A stretch of DNA of 64,000 bases from positions 1,280,001-1,344,000 of the forward strand of contig CAVUKA010000001.1 in the NCBI GenBank assembly GCA_963741945.1, written 5' to 3'. The notes under the pieces are model-generated. The model was given only the letters and a program-made list of their open reading frames with translations, was not told the origin of the DNA and did no database searches. This document shows positions 1 to 10,653 of this stretch, piece after piece; position 1 is the stretch's first letter; the number at the start of each line of letters is the position of its first letter. The stretch comes from an uncultured Gemmatimonadales bacterium. Lineage in GTDB: Bacteria > Gemmatimonadota > Gemmatimonadetes > Longimicrobiales > RSA9. A program made the translations under genes and the position numbers.

Positions 1-330
1 CGCGCCGCCACCACCCAGCCCCGACATCTGCGGCTCCACCACGCCGATGGCGAACGCGGTCGCCACGGCGGCGTCGACAGCATTGCCGCCCGCGCGCAGG
101 ATCTCGACACCGGCCTCGCTCGCCAGCGCATTGGCGGAGGCCACGGCGCCACGCGGCGCCACGATGCGGTGGCCCAGGTCGGCCGCCGGCCCGCGCCAGC
201 CCTGGTCCACAACCGGAGCGCGGCGCCCCTGGTCCGGAACCGCCGGCGTCGTCGCCGCCGGCCGCGCGACATGGGCGCAGCCGGTCGCGGCGATCAGCGC
301 CGCAAAGGCAATCTGTCGTAGACTCGCCAT
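1..330 (-). CDS. ggt: Gamma-glutamyltransferase, N-terminal part (runs off window start)
   Basis: Own translation from ATG 330: signal/lipobox-like N-terminus, then [48 protein letters not shown], the conserved GGT N-terminal motif. Confidence 0.9.
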   Translation of the reverse strand, partial: MASLRQIAFAALIAATGCAHVARPAATTPAVPDQGRRAPVVDQGWRGPAADLGHRIVAPRGAVASANALASEAGVEILRAGGNAVDAAVATAFAIGVVEPQMSGLGGGGA

Positions 331-607
331 GATCCTGTCGGTGGAGGAACCAGTCGGGAACGCCACGCACGAGCGTCCCTCGCCCGGCATCCACGGTGGC
401 GGGCGCTCCTCCCGCCTATCCGCCGCCCGCCGGCACGCACGGCCCAGTCTACGGGATCGTTCGCCCGCTCGACAGGGAGGCCCCACGGGAGCCCCGGCGG
501 GCGCCGGAAAGGCCTGGCTCAGCTGGCCATGGCAGCTGTCGACGGGGGCGCAGGCAAAGCCATGGCCGCGAACACCGCGTGCACCTGAGCGCCGTCGCCC
601 CGCCGGT

Positions 608-967
608 TCAGTAGTCGTGCGTCCCCACGCTCACCGGGACCCCGTACTTCTCCTCGATCTTCGCGCTGATCCCCTCGATGTTCATCGGGCAGTTCATCAG
701 CGCTTTCGCCTTCTTGACACAGGTGCCGAAGTAGATGGCGTCCACCTGCTCGCCCAGATCCTCCAGCACGACCATCTGCAGGTCCACCTTGGGAAGGACC
801 AGCCCCGGGCAGTCGCCGCACGCGGTCTTGAAAACGACCCGGACGTCCTCGTCCAGACCGGCGAACGCGTGGGTGCGATGGTTCACCGCCTTGTAGCACT
901 TGGCGCAACCCACGCAGCTCGAGTCCTGAATCTTCCTGCAGTAGATGATCCCGATCCGTGTGGCCAT
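608..967 (-). CDS. CGGC-domain putative metal/Fe-S binding protein
   Basis: IGIIYC..CVGCAKC..CGDCPG..GTC..CP..VGTH pattern typical of CGGC domain; RBS GGGAGG. Confidence 0.85.
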   Translation of the reverse strand: MATRIGIIYCRKIQDSSCVGCAKCYKAVNHRTHAFAGLDEDVRVVFKTACGDCPGLVLPKVDLQMVVLEDLGEQVDAIYFGTCVKKAKALMNCPMNIEGISAKIEEKYGVPVSVGTHDY

Positions 968-980
968 TCTCCCTCCCGTT

Positions 981-1230
981 CTATGCGCCCGCCACGCTCG
1001 GCGGCGGCACGCGCGCCAGCTCGCCGTGAGTCAGCAGCCCGACGCCTGGCGCACCGTGATGTCCGAAGGACACCGGTACATCTCGATGCCCGGCACCGCC
1101 AGTGCCCCCCCGGGTGTTGGGGCCGAAGTCGGCGGCGATGCAGCCGCCAGGCCGATTGTGCTCATGATGCCCTCCTGTTCCGGTACGCACTCCGCCGCCC
1201 CACCCCTGCCCGGGTGCCCGGAGGTTCGAG
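981..1230 (-). pseudogene. Frameshifted remnant of a NifB/NifX-family (FeMo-cofactor biosynthesis-like) protein
   Basis: Joining frames across the 7-C run at 1105-1111 and near 1040 gives CIAADFGPNTRGALAVPGIEMYRCPSDITVRQA(V)GLLTHGEL, matching the NifB/NifX C-terminal pattern (VIxxxxGPxAxxALxxAGIxxY..TVxEA..G.L); 5' boundary approximate. Confidence 0.55.
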
Positions 1231-1430
1231 GGTGGGCCGAGGGTGCCTGAAAAGCGACCACTCGTGGCAACCCTTGGTTCGACATTGGTCAGCACCGTCG
1301 ACTATCGCGTGATCGAACGACGGTGATGGAGACGGCATCATGAACGAACGGTGAAAGCAAGGCGCCGATTGGTCGCGAACCGGGGCTGTGCGGCCCCGAA
1401 GCGGGCCCGGAAGCCGGCCCGTTGCCGGGT

Positions 1431-2816
1431 TCAGGAGCTGTTCGGGACTGCCTCGAACGTCACATCGAAGCGCACGTCTTCCATCACTCGGCGGTGGTTG
1501 CCGGGCACGAACTCGAGGCTCCAGCCGCTGCCGGTCAGCTTGCCGCGGAGCGCCCCGCCGCCCGCCGCCCGCACCTCCAGCGTCCCGCTCTTGAGGACGG
1601 CGACGCGGTGGATGGCTCCGTGCGCGGGGTCGACGACGAGGTACAGGACGCTCGCCGCTCCGGGATCGGCCGAGTCGGGTGGAGCGGTGGGCTGAAGGGC
1701 GGCCACGGGCGTGACAGCGCGGCCGGGGCCATCCGCCGGCAGTCCGATGACCAGGCATTCTGTCGTCTTGCCGATGCTCCCCATGACGAGCTGCTTCCGG
1801 CCGTCTTCGCCGACACCGGCCGGGGCGAAGGCGCTCCCCGACGCGGTGATCGACACCGGCCCCGACGTCTTCAGCTTGAACGAGCCGCCCTCCCCATCCA
1901 GTCCCCGCGTGCAAAGCGTCGCGGCCCGATGGAGGCCCTGCTGCACCAGCTCGGAGCGGACCTTGGAGAGACGGGGAAGCCTTTCGTATGTCTTCGCCGA
2001 GGGGGCCGAGCCGTCGGACTCGATCGAGTCGACCATGATCGTCCGGGTCAGGTAGCCCCCGCCGTAGGGTCTGCCCGCGGTCGCGTCGCCGGCGACGACC
2101 AGGGAATCCGACACCTCGGCCCGGAGCAGGAGCCCGAGCTTCTCCAGCCGGGGGCCCAGAGCGAGCGCCACGCGGCTCGCCACCCCGGGCATCCACTCCG
2201 AGAGTGGCACGGCCTCGGGACTCTCACGGGGGGTAGCCGCCATCGGCAGCCATGAGAAAGGCAGGTCGCCGGCGAAGTACAGGTCGGAGCGGCCGGTCGC
2301 GCGGAAGGGGACCGCCGCGCCGGTCCCGTCCTCGCTCCTCCACCAGCTCTTCACCTGTACCACCGCGTGGCGGGTGGCGTGACCCTCGATGGACGGGCCG
2401 GCGCCGGCGTCGGTCAGGCCGAAGCGGAGCGAGTCGAGTATGGCCTGGCCGGAGTCCGCGACGGGCGACCAGGTCCGGTAGCCGGCGGCGCTGTCCGGAG
2501 CGAGCCGCCAGGCGTCGGCCAGGTAGGCGGGCCGACCCGCGAACGAGACGGTCGTGGCCGGAGCGCCGCCCACGGCGGCTCCATCGAGGAGCTGCGTCTT
2601 CCCGGTCGCGGTGCGCATCGCTCCCAGCTCTGGACCCGTCACGCCCCACCACGTCTCGCGGCCGCCATCTCGCTCCAAGTGCATCTGGTAGGCGACGGCG
2701 GCCTGCCCCGAGGGGGGCGCCTGCGCGCAGGCCGCCCCGCCTACGGTGAGGAGGAGCGCCGGGACAAGCACGCGCACGACGGGGACGCGGCGGCCGGCGA
2801 GCCTCGATCCCTGCAT
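1431..2816 (-). CDS. Secreted hypothetical protein
   Basis: 461-aa ORF with signal peptide, directly after the OmpA gene stop; no family recognised. Confidence 0.7.
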   Translation of the reverse strand: MQGSRLAGRRVPVVRVLVPALLLTVGGAACAQAPPSGQAAVAYQMHLERDGGRETWWGVTGPELGAMRTATGKTQLLDGAAVGGAPATTVSFAGRPAYLADAWRLAPDSAAGYRTWSPVADSGQAILDSLRFGLTDAGAGPSIEGHATRHAVVQVKSWWRSEDGTGAAVPFRATGRSDLYFAGDLPFSWLPMAATPRESPEAVPLSEWMPGVASRVALALGPRLEKLGLLLRAEVSDSLVVAGDATAGRPYGGGYLTRTIMVDSIESDGSAPSAKTYERLPRLSKVRSELVQQGLHRAATLCTRGLDGEGGSFKLKTSGPVSITASGSAFAPAGVGEDGRKQLVMGSIGKTTECLVIGLPADGPGRAVTPVAALQPTAPPDSADPGAASVLYLVVDPAHGAIHRVAVLKSGTLEVRAAGGGALRGKLTGSGWSLEFVPGNHRRVMEDVRFDVTFEAVPNSS

Positions 2817-2817
2817 C

Positions 2818-4923
2818 TCACCGGCCTCCGTTCATGATGAAGGCCACCGGCAGCACGCGGCTGTGGGCGGCCTCCTCATGGTTCTCCGCGGTCACGACCA
2901 GGTACAGGACCGATTGCCGCCTCCAGTCCACCTTGGCCCGGCCGAAGACGACACCCGTCGAGGCGATGGCGCGGGCATCCGCCAGGAACTGGTCTCCAGG
3001 GACGAACTGGTCCCCCGGCACGAACTGGTCCCCCGGCACGAACTGGTCTCCAGGGACGAACTGGTCTCCCGGGACGTACTGGTCCCCCGGGAGGCGGTTC
3101 GACCCCGGACGCAACGGAAACCACTTGGACGGCCACGCCTCGTGCATCCGCCCCGCGGCGATGACGATGGCCACCACTCGAGCCCGGGTCTCGCGTTCCC
3201 CGGAGAGATCGATGACGAGTCCTTTCGCCAGGGTCTCGCGGACATCCAGAGGCCGCTCCCCGGAGGCGATGGCGCTCCGAGCGGTGGCGGTAAGACCGAG
3301 CCGGATCGTGGGCGCCGGCGCCGGAGTGGGTCGACGCGGGCTCGAAGGAGGATCGTACCAACCAGCCCGATCCGACGGACCCGATGCCGGCATGGAAGTG
3401 GGGGCAGGGACCATCTCCGGTGGCCACTCGTGCGGGGCACCCCTCGCCATGTCCTCCGCGGCGGCCGAACCCGGGCTCCCCCCTCCCTGCCCCTCCAGCC
3501 GCACGAGCTCCACGCGCCGGTTCTGCTGGCGGCCCTCCGGGGTGCCGTTGTCGGCCACGGGCTTCGTCTCGCCGAAGCCGGTGGTCTCCAGGCGGGAGGG
3601 GTCGATCTCGTCCTGCTCGGTGAGGTAGTCCCGCACCGCCCCGGCGCGGCGCTCGGAGAGGTCCTGGTTGGAGGCCCCGTCCCCCGTGCTGTCGGTGTGC
3701 CCTTCGATCGACAGCCGGAGGTCCGGGTGGTCGCGCAGCATGGCCGCGATCTCCTCGAGGGTCGGTGTCGACTCCGGCCGGATGCGGGCGCCGTTCACCG
3801 CGAACAGGATCCCGTGCGTCGCCACCCGGCCCTTTTCGGCGAGGACGTCGTAGAGGTCCCTCCCCCCGGCGGCGACACGGATGGGCCCCACGTACATGGG
3901 GTTCTTGTCGTCGGCGAAGTAGACGTTCTCCAGGTACAGCGAATTGCCCCGATGCAGCTCGGCGTTGGGCACGTTGGCGACGCGCCGGGAGCCGACGTAG
4001 ACCTTGGCGTACCGATCGTCGACCATGATGCGGACGGGGACGAGCTTCTGGCCCACGTCCGGGGTCTTGTTCAGGGACTGGACGCCTCCCTTGTCGTTCG
4101 ACAGCACGCCGGTGCCCTGCACCACGGCCACCTGGAAGACGTTGCCTGGCACCCGGTTGAACCGCTCACCCGGCGAGGGGGGCGAGGGCGCGAGAACCAG
4201 CCGCTGGTTCTCGTGCGTGAAGTAAGCGTCGAACTCGATCGTGAAACGGGCGGGAAGCGAGTCGCCGATCGGCACCTCGATCGCCGATCCGCGGGGCCCG
4301 GTGTTCCTCAGGAGACGGCGGCCGCGCCACTCGACCAACTCCCAGTTTCCCTTCCGGAACGTGAGCCTCCGGGGGAAGTCGCCGACCTGGTCGTCGCTGT
4401 AGTCGTCGTAGAAGAGGACGCGGTCCCCGGGGACGAAGTCGTAGTTGGTCCACACGCCCGTGTTCGGAGCCGCGGTCTCTTCCCCGCTTGCCGCGTCGGC
4501 GGCCTGGTCCGCGTCGGTGATCGGCTTGCCGTCGTCGTCGGTGAGGACGTTGCCCTGGTCGTCCGTGTAGACGACATCCTGACCGCTGGCCTCGGCCTGC
4601 TGAACGCACACCGGATCGTCGAACACGCACTGCACTGCGTGGCTGATGAGACGGTCGATCTGGTTCTCCGTCTCGTTCTCGAGGGCGTTCTTGGCGCGCT
4701 CTTTGAGATGCTTCAAGAGCTGGGCGTGACCCGGCGCTGGAAGGGCGATCAGTACCACCGCGCCGAGGATCGCGACCATCCACCGGAGCCGCCGCCCACC
4801 CCCGCGCTCCGGCGACCCGGGTCGTGAATGCGCGGTCCGTTCCGCTCTTCGGCGCCCATCGAGATGGCTGTCCGGACCTCTGTCGGTCTGGTCGAGCGTG
4901 CGTGCGATCCGATCGGGTTCCAT
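2818..4923 (-). CDS. OmpA-family peptidoglycan-binding protein with C-terminal extension
   Basis: Signal peptide, YDFVPGDRVLFYDD domain, OmpA motifs IEGHTDSTG..NQDLSERRA..GRQQNRRVE; true start may be downstream. Confidence 0.85.
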   Translation of the reverse strand: MEPDRIARTLDQTDRGPDSHLDGRRRAERTAHSRPGSPERGGGRRLRWMVAILGAVVLIALPAPGHAQLLKHLKERAKNALENETENQIDRLISHAVQCVFDDPVCVQQAEASGQDVVYTDDQGNVLTDDDGKPITDADQAADAASGEETAAPNTGVWTNYDFVPGDRVLFYDDYSDDQVGDFPRRLTFRKGNWELVEWRGRRLLRNTGPRGSAIEVPIGDSLPARFTIEFDAYFTHENQRLVLAPSPPSPGERFNRVPGNVFQVAVVQGTGVLSNDKGGVQSLNKTPDVGQKLVPVRIMVDDRYAKVYVGSRRVANVPNAELHRGNSLYLENVYFADDKNPMYVGPIRVAAGGRDLYDVLAEKGRVATHGILFAVNGARIRPESTPTLEEIAAMLRDHPDLRLSIEGHTDSTGDGASNQDLSERRAGAVRDYLTEQDEIDPSRLETTGFGETKPVADNGTPEGRQQNRRVELVRLEGQGGGSPGSAAAEDMARGAPHEWPPEMVPAPTSMPASGPSDRAGWYDPPSSPRRPTPAPAPTIRLGLTATARSAIASGERPLDVRETLAKGLVIDLSGERETRARVVAIVIAAGRMHEAWPSKWFPLRPGSNRLPGDQYVPGDQFVPGDQFVPGDQFVPGDQFVPGDQFLADARAIASTGVVFGRAKVDWRRQSVLYLVVTAENHEEAAHSRVLPVAFIMNGGR
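2986..3093 (-). repeat. Six tandem 18-bp coding repeats, (V/L)PGDQ(F/Y)
   Basis: Units GAACTGGTCYCCMGGSAC visible on the + strand. Confidence 0.95.
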
Positions 4924-5159
4924 GGCTTTCTCCTTCGCTCCGGAAAACGGGCAGCGGCTGTATCGCGCTCGTAAGCTAGGTCCGGATTCTTTGCTCGCGG
5001 TCGCGTGTCTCTTAGGCTCCGTCTAAGAAGACCGGGGCCACGGCGCCAGGCAGCGGGTCGGGGCGGCACGGAGGCGCTGGCGGCGCTCGCGCGAGCGATG
5101 GAGATGAGGCCCGGCTGGGCCGATGCGCACAACGGGCGGAGCTGGTGGTCGTCAGCTCA

Positions 5160-7142
<1,983 letters not shown>

Positions 7143-7384
7143 CACACCGACGCTAGCGGAAGCGCAGCCCACACGTCAACCCACGGGCGACCCCGGGGGC
7201 GGCCAGGGCCGCGCCGGCGGCCGACGGACCCGGTCCCGCATCAGCGGATCCGCGCACGAGAGAATCGAGGGATCGTATCGGCGCCATCGCCCCGTCCCGT
7301 TCCGCTATGGATGGGCCCCTTATCATGGAGCACCCTCGGTCGCGAAGGGTCGGCCGGCGCCCAACGCGAACCAAGGAGGAAGAG

Positions 7385-7579
7385 ATGAGAAAGCTGATCC
7401 TGACCGTCGCCCTGTCGACCGGGGCGATCGCGGCCGCAGCCCCGCCGCTCCACGCGGAGTGCACGGCGAACTACGTGCGGTGCCTGAATGACACGTGGTA
7501 TTACTCGGGGATGCTGAAGAAGATGGCCGACGTCAGCTGCTTTGCGAGCTACGTCGGCTGTCTGCGTCGATCCGTGTAA
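7385..7579 (+). CDS. Secreted 4-Cys peptide (64-aa precursor; predicted 40-aa mature peptide)
   Basis: Strong RBS AAGGAGGA; Sec-type signal ending LHA; mature [40 protein letters not shown]. Confidence 0.8.
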   Translation: MRKLILTVALSTGAIAAAAPPLHAECTANYVRCLNDTWYYSGMLKKMADVSCFASYVGCLRRSV

Positions 7580-7599
7580 CGAGTGAAGGAGCGATGATC

Positions 7600-8673
7600 A
7601 TGCGCCGGTCGGCCCTTCTCCCGGTCTTCCTTCAGCTCGCCCTGCCGGGGTGCGGCGGGGGGGACCCGGGCTACACGGTGATCGATGGCTTCCGCGAGCG
7701 GGCGGCCCCGCTCGCGTGTGCAGCCATCGAGCGGGTGCGCGGGTATGCGGTGACGGAGATCCGATCCGCCACCGATTCGACATGGACGGTGCTGGACGAA
7801 GCGCAGCGGCTCGTGGCGCTGTTCGACGAGGACATGCGCCGGATCTGGGAAGTGCATTATCCTGCGGTGGGGCCCGGCGCCGTGGAGAGCGCGGTGAGCG
7901 CGGTCCCCCTCGGAGACAGCGCGGTGGCGATCGCGGCGCGGGGGAACCTCAGGCTGGTGGTTCTTTCGCTGCGGGGTGAAGAGCGAGGCACCACGCCGCT
8001 GGACTTCGTGCCCGCCTCGCTGGCCGCGCCAGGGGATGGCAGCCTGCTGGTGACGGCGATGCCGATCGGCCCCTCGCCACCGACCCTGCTGATGCGGTGG
8101 CAGCGCGACTCGCTCACGCCGGTGCCGATCGCAAAGCGGAAGTACCCCGACATGATCGTCGCCTCGCTCGGCAACACTGCGCTGGTGGAGACGCTGGCGG
8201 ACGGGAGCGCGCTGGTGGTGCACCAGTTCTTCGCGCCCAGGGCGTTCGCCCTGTCGCCGAGCGGCGCCATCGAGGCGCTCTCCCTGCCTACCCCGGACCT
8301 GACGCGGGACCGGATCCACTTCATCCCCACGCCCCCGGTCACGGAGCGCCAGATGCTGCAGATGCTGGTTCCCGCCATCGCCATGACCGTCGACCGGGGC
8401 GCGGCGGAGGTGTACGTCATGACGCGCACGGAGCGGCTGTCGGGGTCGCGTCCGCAGCGGGCCATCCTCCGACTGGACCGCCGGCTGCGTTTTCTCCAGG
8501 GCTTCATCACGGACATCCCTGCCGCCGCGATGGTGTACCTCCCGCGCCGGCACACCCTGCTCCTTGTGGACGACGAGGATCGATTCCATGCCTGCACCAT
8601 CCAGCCCGCCGCTTCGACCCCGCCTGTCGCTCGCGAGCCTCGAGGTGCGCAGGGGCCCGAATCCCGTGGTTGA
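7600..8673 (+). CDS. Lipoprotein, probable beta-propeller
   Basis: RBS AAGGAG; lipobox LPGC; repeated beta-blade-like segments (WTVLDEAQRLVALFD, AMTVDRGAAEVYV); fold is inference. Confidence 0.7.
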   Translation: MRRSALLPVFLQLALPGCGGGDPGYTVIDGFRERAAPLACAAIERVRGYAVTEIRSATDSTWTVLDEAQRLVALFDEDMRRIWEVHYPAVGPGAVESAVSAVPLGDSAVAIAARGNLRLVVLSLRGEERGTTPLDFVPASLAAPGDGSLLVTAMPIGPSPPTLLMRWQRDSLTPVPIAKRKYPDMIVASLGNTALVETLADGSALVVHQFFAPRAFALSPSGAIEALSLPTPDLTRDRIHFIPTPPVTERQMLQMLVPAIAMTVDRGAAEVYVMTRTERLSGSRPQRAILRLDRRLRFLQGFITDIPAAAMVYLPRRHTLLLVDDEDRFHACTIQPAASTPPVAREPRGAQGPESRG

Positions 8674-9286
8674 CGGACTCACGCTGGAGATCCGGCCGGG
8701 ACGCATCTTCTGGATCGTGGGGCCGAACGGCGCGGGGAAATCGAGCCTTCTGCGCGTGATTGCCGGACTGGACCGGCCGCGCGCGGGTCTGGTGCGACGC
8801 GCCCCGGCGGACGCGCGGGCATGGCGCTACTTCTCGTCGGAGATGGCGCTCCCCGCAAGCGTTGCCCCGGCGGACTGGGACCGTCTGATCCGGCGCCTGA
8901 TGGGAGCGCACGGCGGCCGCGGCACGCTCTGGCCCCGGGTGTCGGAACGGCGACGGGTGTCGCGGCTGTCCACGGGCGAGCGCAAGCGGCTGCTCCTGGA
9001 CGCGCTGCTCCGGCTGGACGGCCCGCTCCTGCTGGACGAGCCGCTGGAGCACCTGTCGCCCGACGGCAAGCGGGAGCTGCTCCGACTGCTGGAGGCCCGG
9101 GCGCGCGACCACGTGGTGGTGGTCGCCACGAACCAGGCCACGGAGCGCGCCCGCGCCGACGGCGGCATCCGCCTGGAGGGCGGGCAGACGGAGCACTTCG
9201 GCGTCACGGGAGCTGCCGTGAGCGCCGGGGCGCCCGGAGCCGGCGCCGCGCCCGGCGTCGGCGGAGATGCGGAGGTGCGGCCGTGA
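8588..9286 (+). CDS. ABC transporter ATP-binding protein, short and divergent
   Basis: Walker A GPNGAGKS, signature LSTGERKR, Walker B LLLDEP; H-loop reads ATNQ. Confidence 0.88.
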   Translation: MPAPSSPPLRPRLSLASLEVRRGPNPVVDGLTLEIRPGRIFWIVGPNGAGKSSLLRVIAGLDRPRAGLVRRAPADARAWRYFSSEMALPASVAPADWDRLIRRLMGAHGGRGTLWPRVSERRRVSRLSTGERKRLLLDALLRLDGPLLLDEPLEHLSPDGKRELLRLLEARARDHVVVVATNQATERARADGGIRLEGGQTEHFGVTGAAVSAGAPGAGAAPGVGGDAEVRP

Positions 9287-9993
9287 GCATGCGACGGGTG
9301 CTGGCACTGGCCGTGTTCGCGGCCCGGACGAACGCACGCATGTGGGTGTCGCGCGCCGGGGTGGCGGGGGGCGTGGCCACGATCCTCCTCGGCGCCGCGC
9401 TCCGCTGGAACGCCGGCTACGGGTGGAGCGCCGACGCGGACCTGGCGTTCAACGGCTTTCTCATCATGGCGCTGTTCACGCTGCGCTCGGGCCTGGAGGA
9501 GCAGGTCGGCACCGGGCTCAGCACGTTCATCCGCCACAACTTCGCCTCGCCCGCGGAGCACGCGCTGGCGGGAAGTCTGTCGCTCGTGGCAACGCTGCTC
9601 GGCTGCGCCGGCGTTTCACTCCTCGTTCTGATCGTCGCGCAGGGCGGTGACCTGGCGGCGTCGCTCTGGACGGTGTGGCACTGGCTGCTCCTCGGGGCCA
9701 TGATCCTACCGTTCGTCCCCATGGTGGAAGCGGTCGCCCGCTTCCGCCTCCCCGCCGTCCTCCCCGCCATCGGCTACTTCGCCCTGCTCGTGATCCTCAG
9801 CCTCACCATCGGCGAGGAGCGCGCCATGGCGTTCTTCGCGGGAGGCGGCAACCAGGCCGACCCGGCCAGCTCGTTGCCGTTCGCCGCTCGCGCGGGCGCG
9901 TTCCTGGCCCTGGGCTTCGCGGCGTACGTCGGGGGCACCGGGGCGCTCGCCCGGCTGCGATCGCGCCTCGCCGCCCGGGTCCGCAGCGGCTGA
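9283..9993 (+). CDS. Multi-pass membrane protein, probable ABC permease
   Basis: GTGA overlap with ATPase stop, RBS GGAGGT, about 6 hydrophobic segments. Confidence 0.7.
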   Translation: MSMRRVLALAVFAARTNARMWVSRAGVAGGVATILLGAALRWNAGYGWSADADLAFNGFLIMALFTLRSGLEEQVGTGLSTFIRHNFASPAEHALAGSLSLVATLLGCAGVSLLVLIVAQGGDLAASLWTVWHWLLLGAMILPFVPMVEAVARFRLPAVLPAIGYFALLVILSLTIGEERAMAFFAGGGNQADPASSLPFAARAGAFLALGFAAYVGGTGALARLRSRLAARVRSG

Positions 9994-10045
9994 ACGCAGC
10001 GTGGCACCGCTGGCGGCCGGGGACGCGCCGGCCGATCTTCCCCGG

Positions 10046-10585
10046 ATGCCGAACACGCCGCCGCTGGTCTGCGTGGTGGGGAAGAAGAAGTCGGGGAAGA
10101 CCACCACGGTGCTCCTGCTCGTGGCCGAGCTGCGCCGGCGCGGGCACCGCGTCATGACCATCAAGCACGGCCACCACTTCGACCTCGACCGCCCCGGCAC
10201 CGACTCGTTCCGGCACCGGCAGGAGGGGGGTGCGGAGCGCGTCGTGCTGGCCGGCCCCGGTCAGTTCTCGGTGGTGGGCTCGTGGCCGGACGGCCACGAG
10301 CTGGGCGCAGCCGAGCTCGCCGCCCGCTTCCTCGACGACGCCGATGTCGTGGTCGTGGAAGGATTCAAGGGCGAGCGCCTGCCGAAGATCGAAGTGTTCC
10401 GCCGCGCCGCGCACCAGGAGCCGGTCTTCGATCCGCTCAGCGCGGCGGCGCGGGAGTTCATCGCCGGAGTCACGGACGACCCGGACTACGCCGCCCGCGT
10501 CCCGTTCCCCACGTTCCGCGCGAACGATCCCGCGCTGGCGCAGCGGCTGGCGGACCTGGTGATGGCCGACGTAATCGGGGCATAG
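10046..10585 (+). CDS. mobB: Molybdopterin-guanine dinucleotide biosynthesis protein B
   Basis: VVGKKKSGKTT, IKHGHHFDLDRPGTDS, VVEGFK. Confidence 0.92.
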   Translation: MPNTPPLVCVVGKKKSGKTTTVLLLVAELRRRGHRVMTIKHGHHFDLDRPGTDSFRHRQEGGAERVVLAGPGQFSVVGSWPDGHELGAAELAARFLDDADVVVVEGFKGERLPKIEVFRRAAHQEPVFDPLSAAAREFIAGVTDDPDYAARVPFPTFRANDPALAQRLADLVMADVIGA

Positions 10586-10653
10586 ACGAAGCGCCGGGCG
10601 GCCTGATCGGCCACCCGGCGCAAGCGGGTACCCCCGGGCTGCCGGCCGATGGC

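Noticed and set aside
997-1165. Selenoprotein: 44-aa ORF ending SGC-UGA, in frame with the CGGC gene and followed by a hairpin
   Set aside because: Better explained as a frameshifted NifB/NifX remnant; the read-through linker looks non-coding, CGGC has its own RBS, and hairpins are common at this GC content
7385-7579. Lanthipeptide, sactipeptide or ranthipeptide precursor
   Set aside because: Has a Sec-type signal rather than a RiPP leader, and no modifying enzyme is adjacent (ThiC is unrelated)
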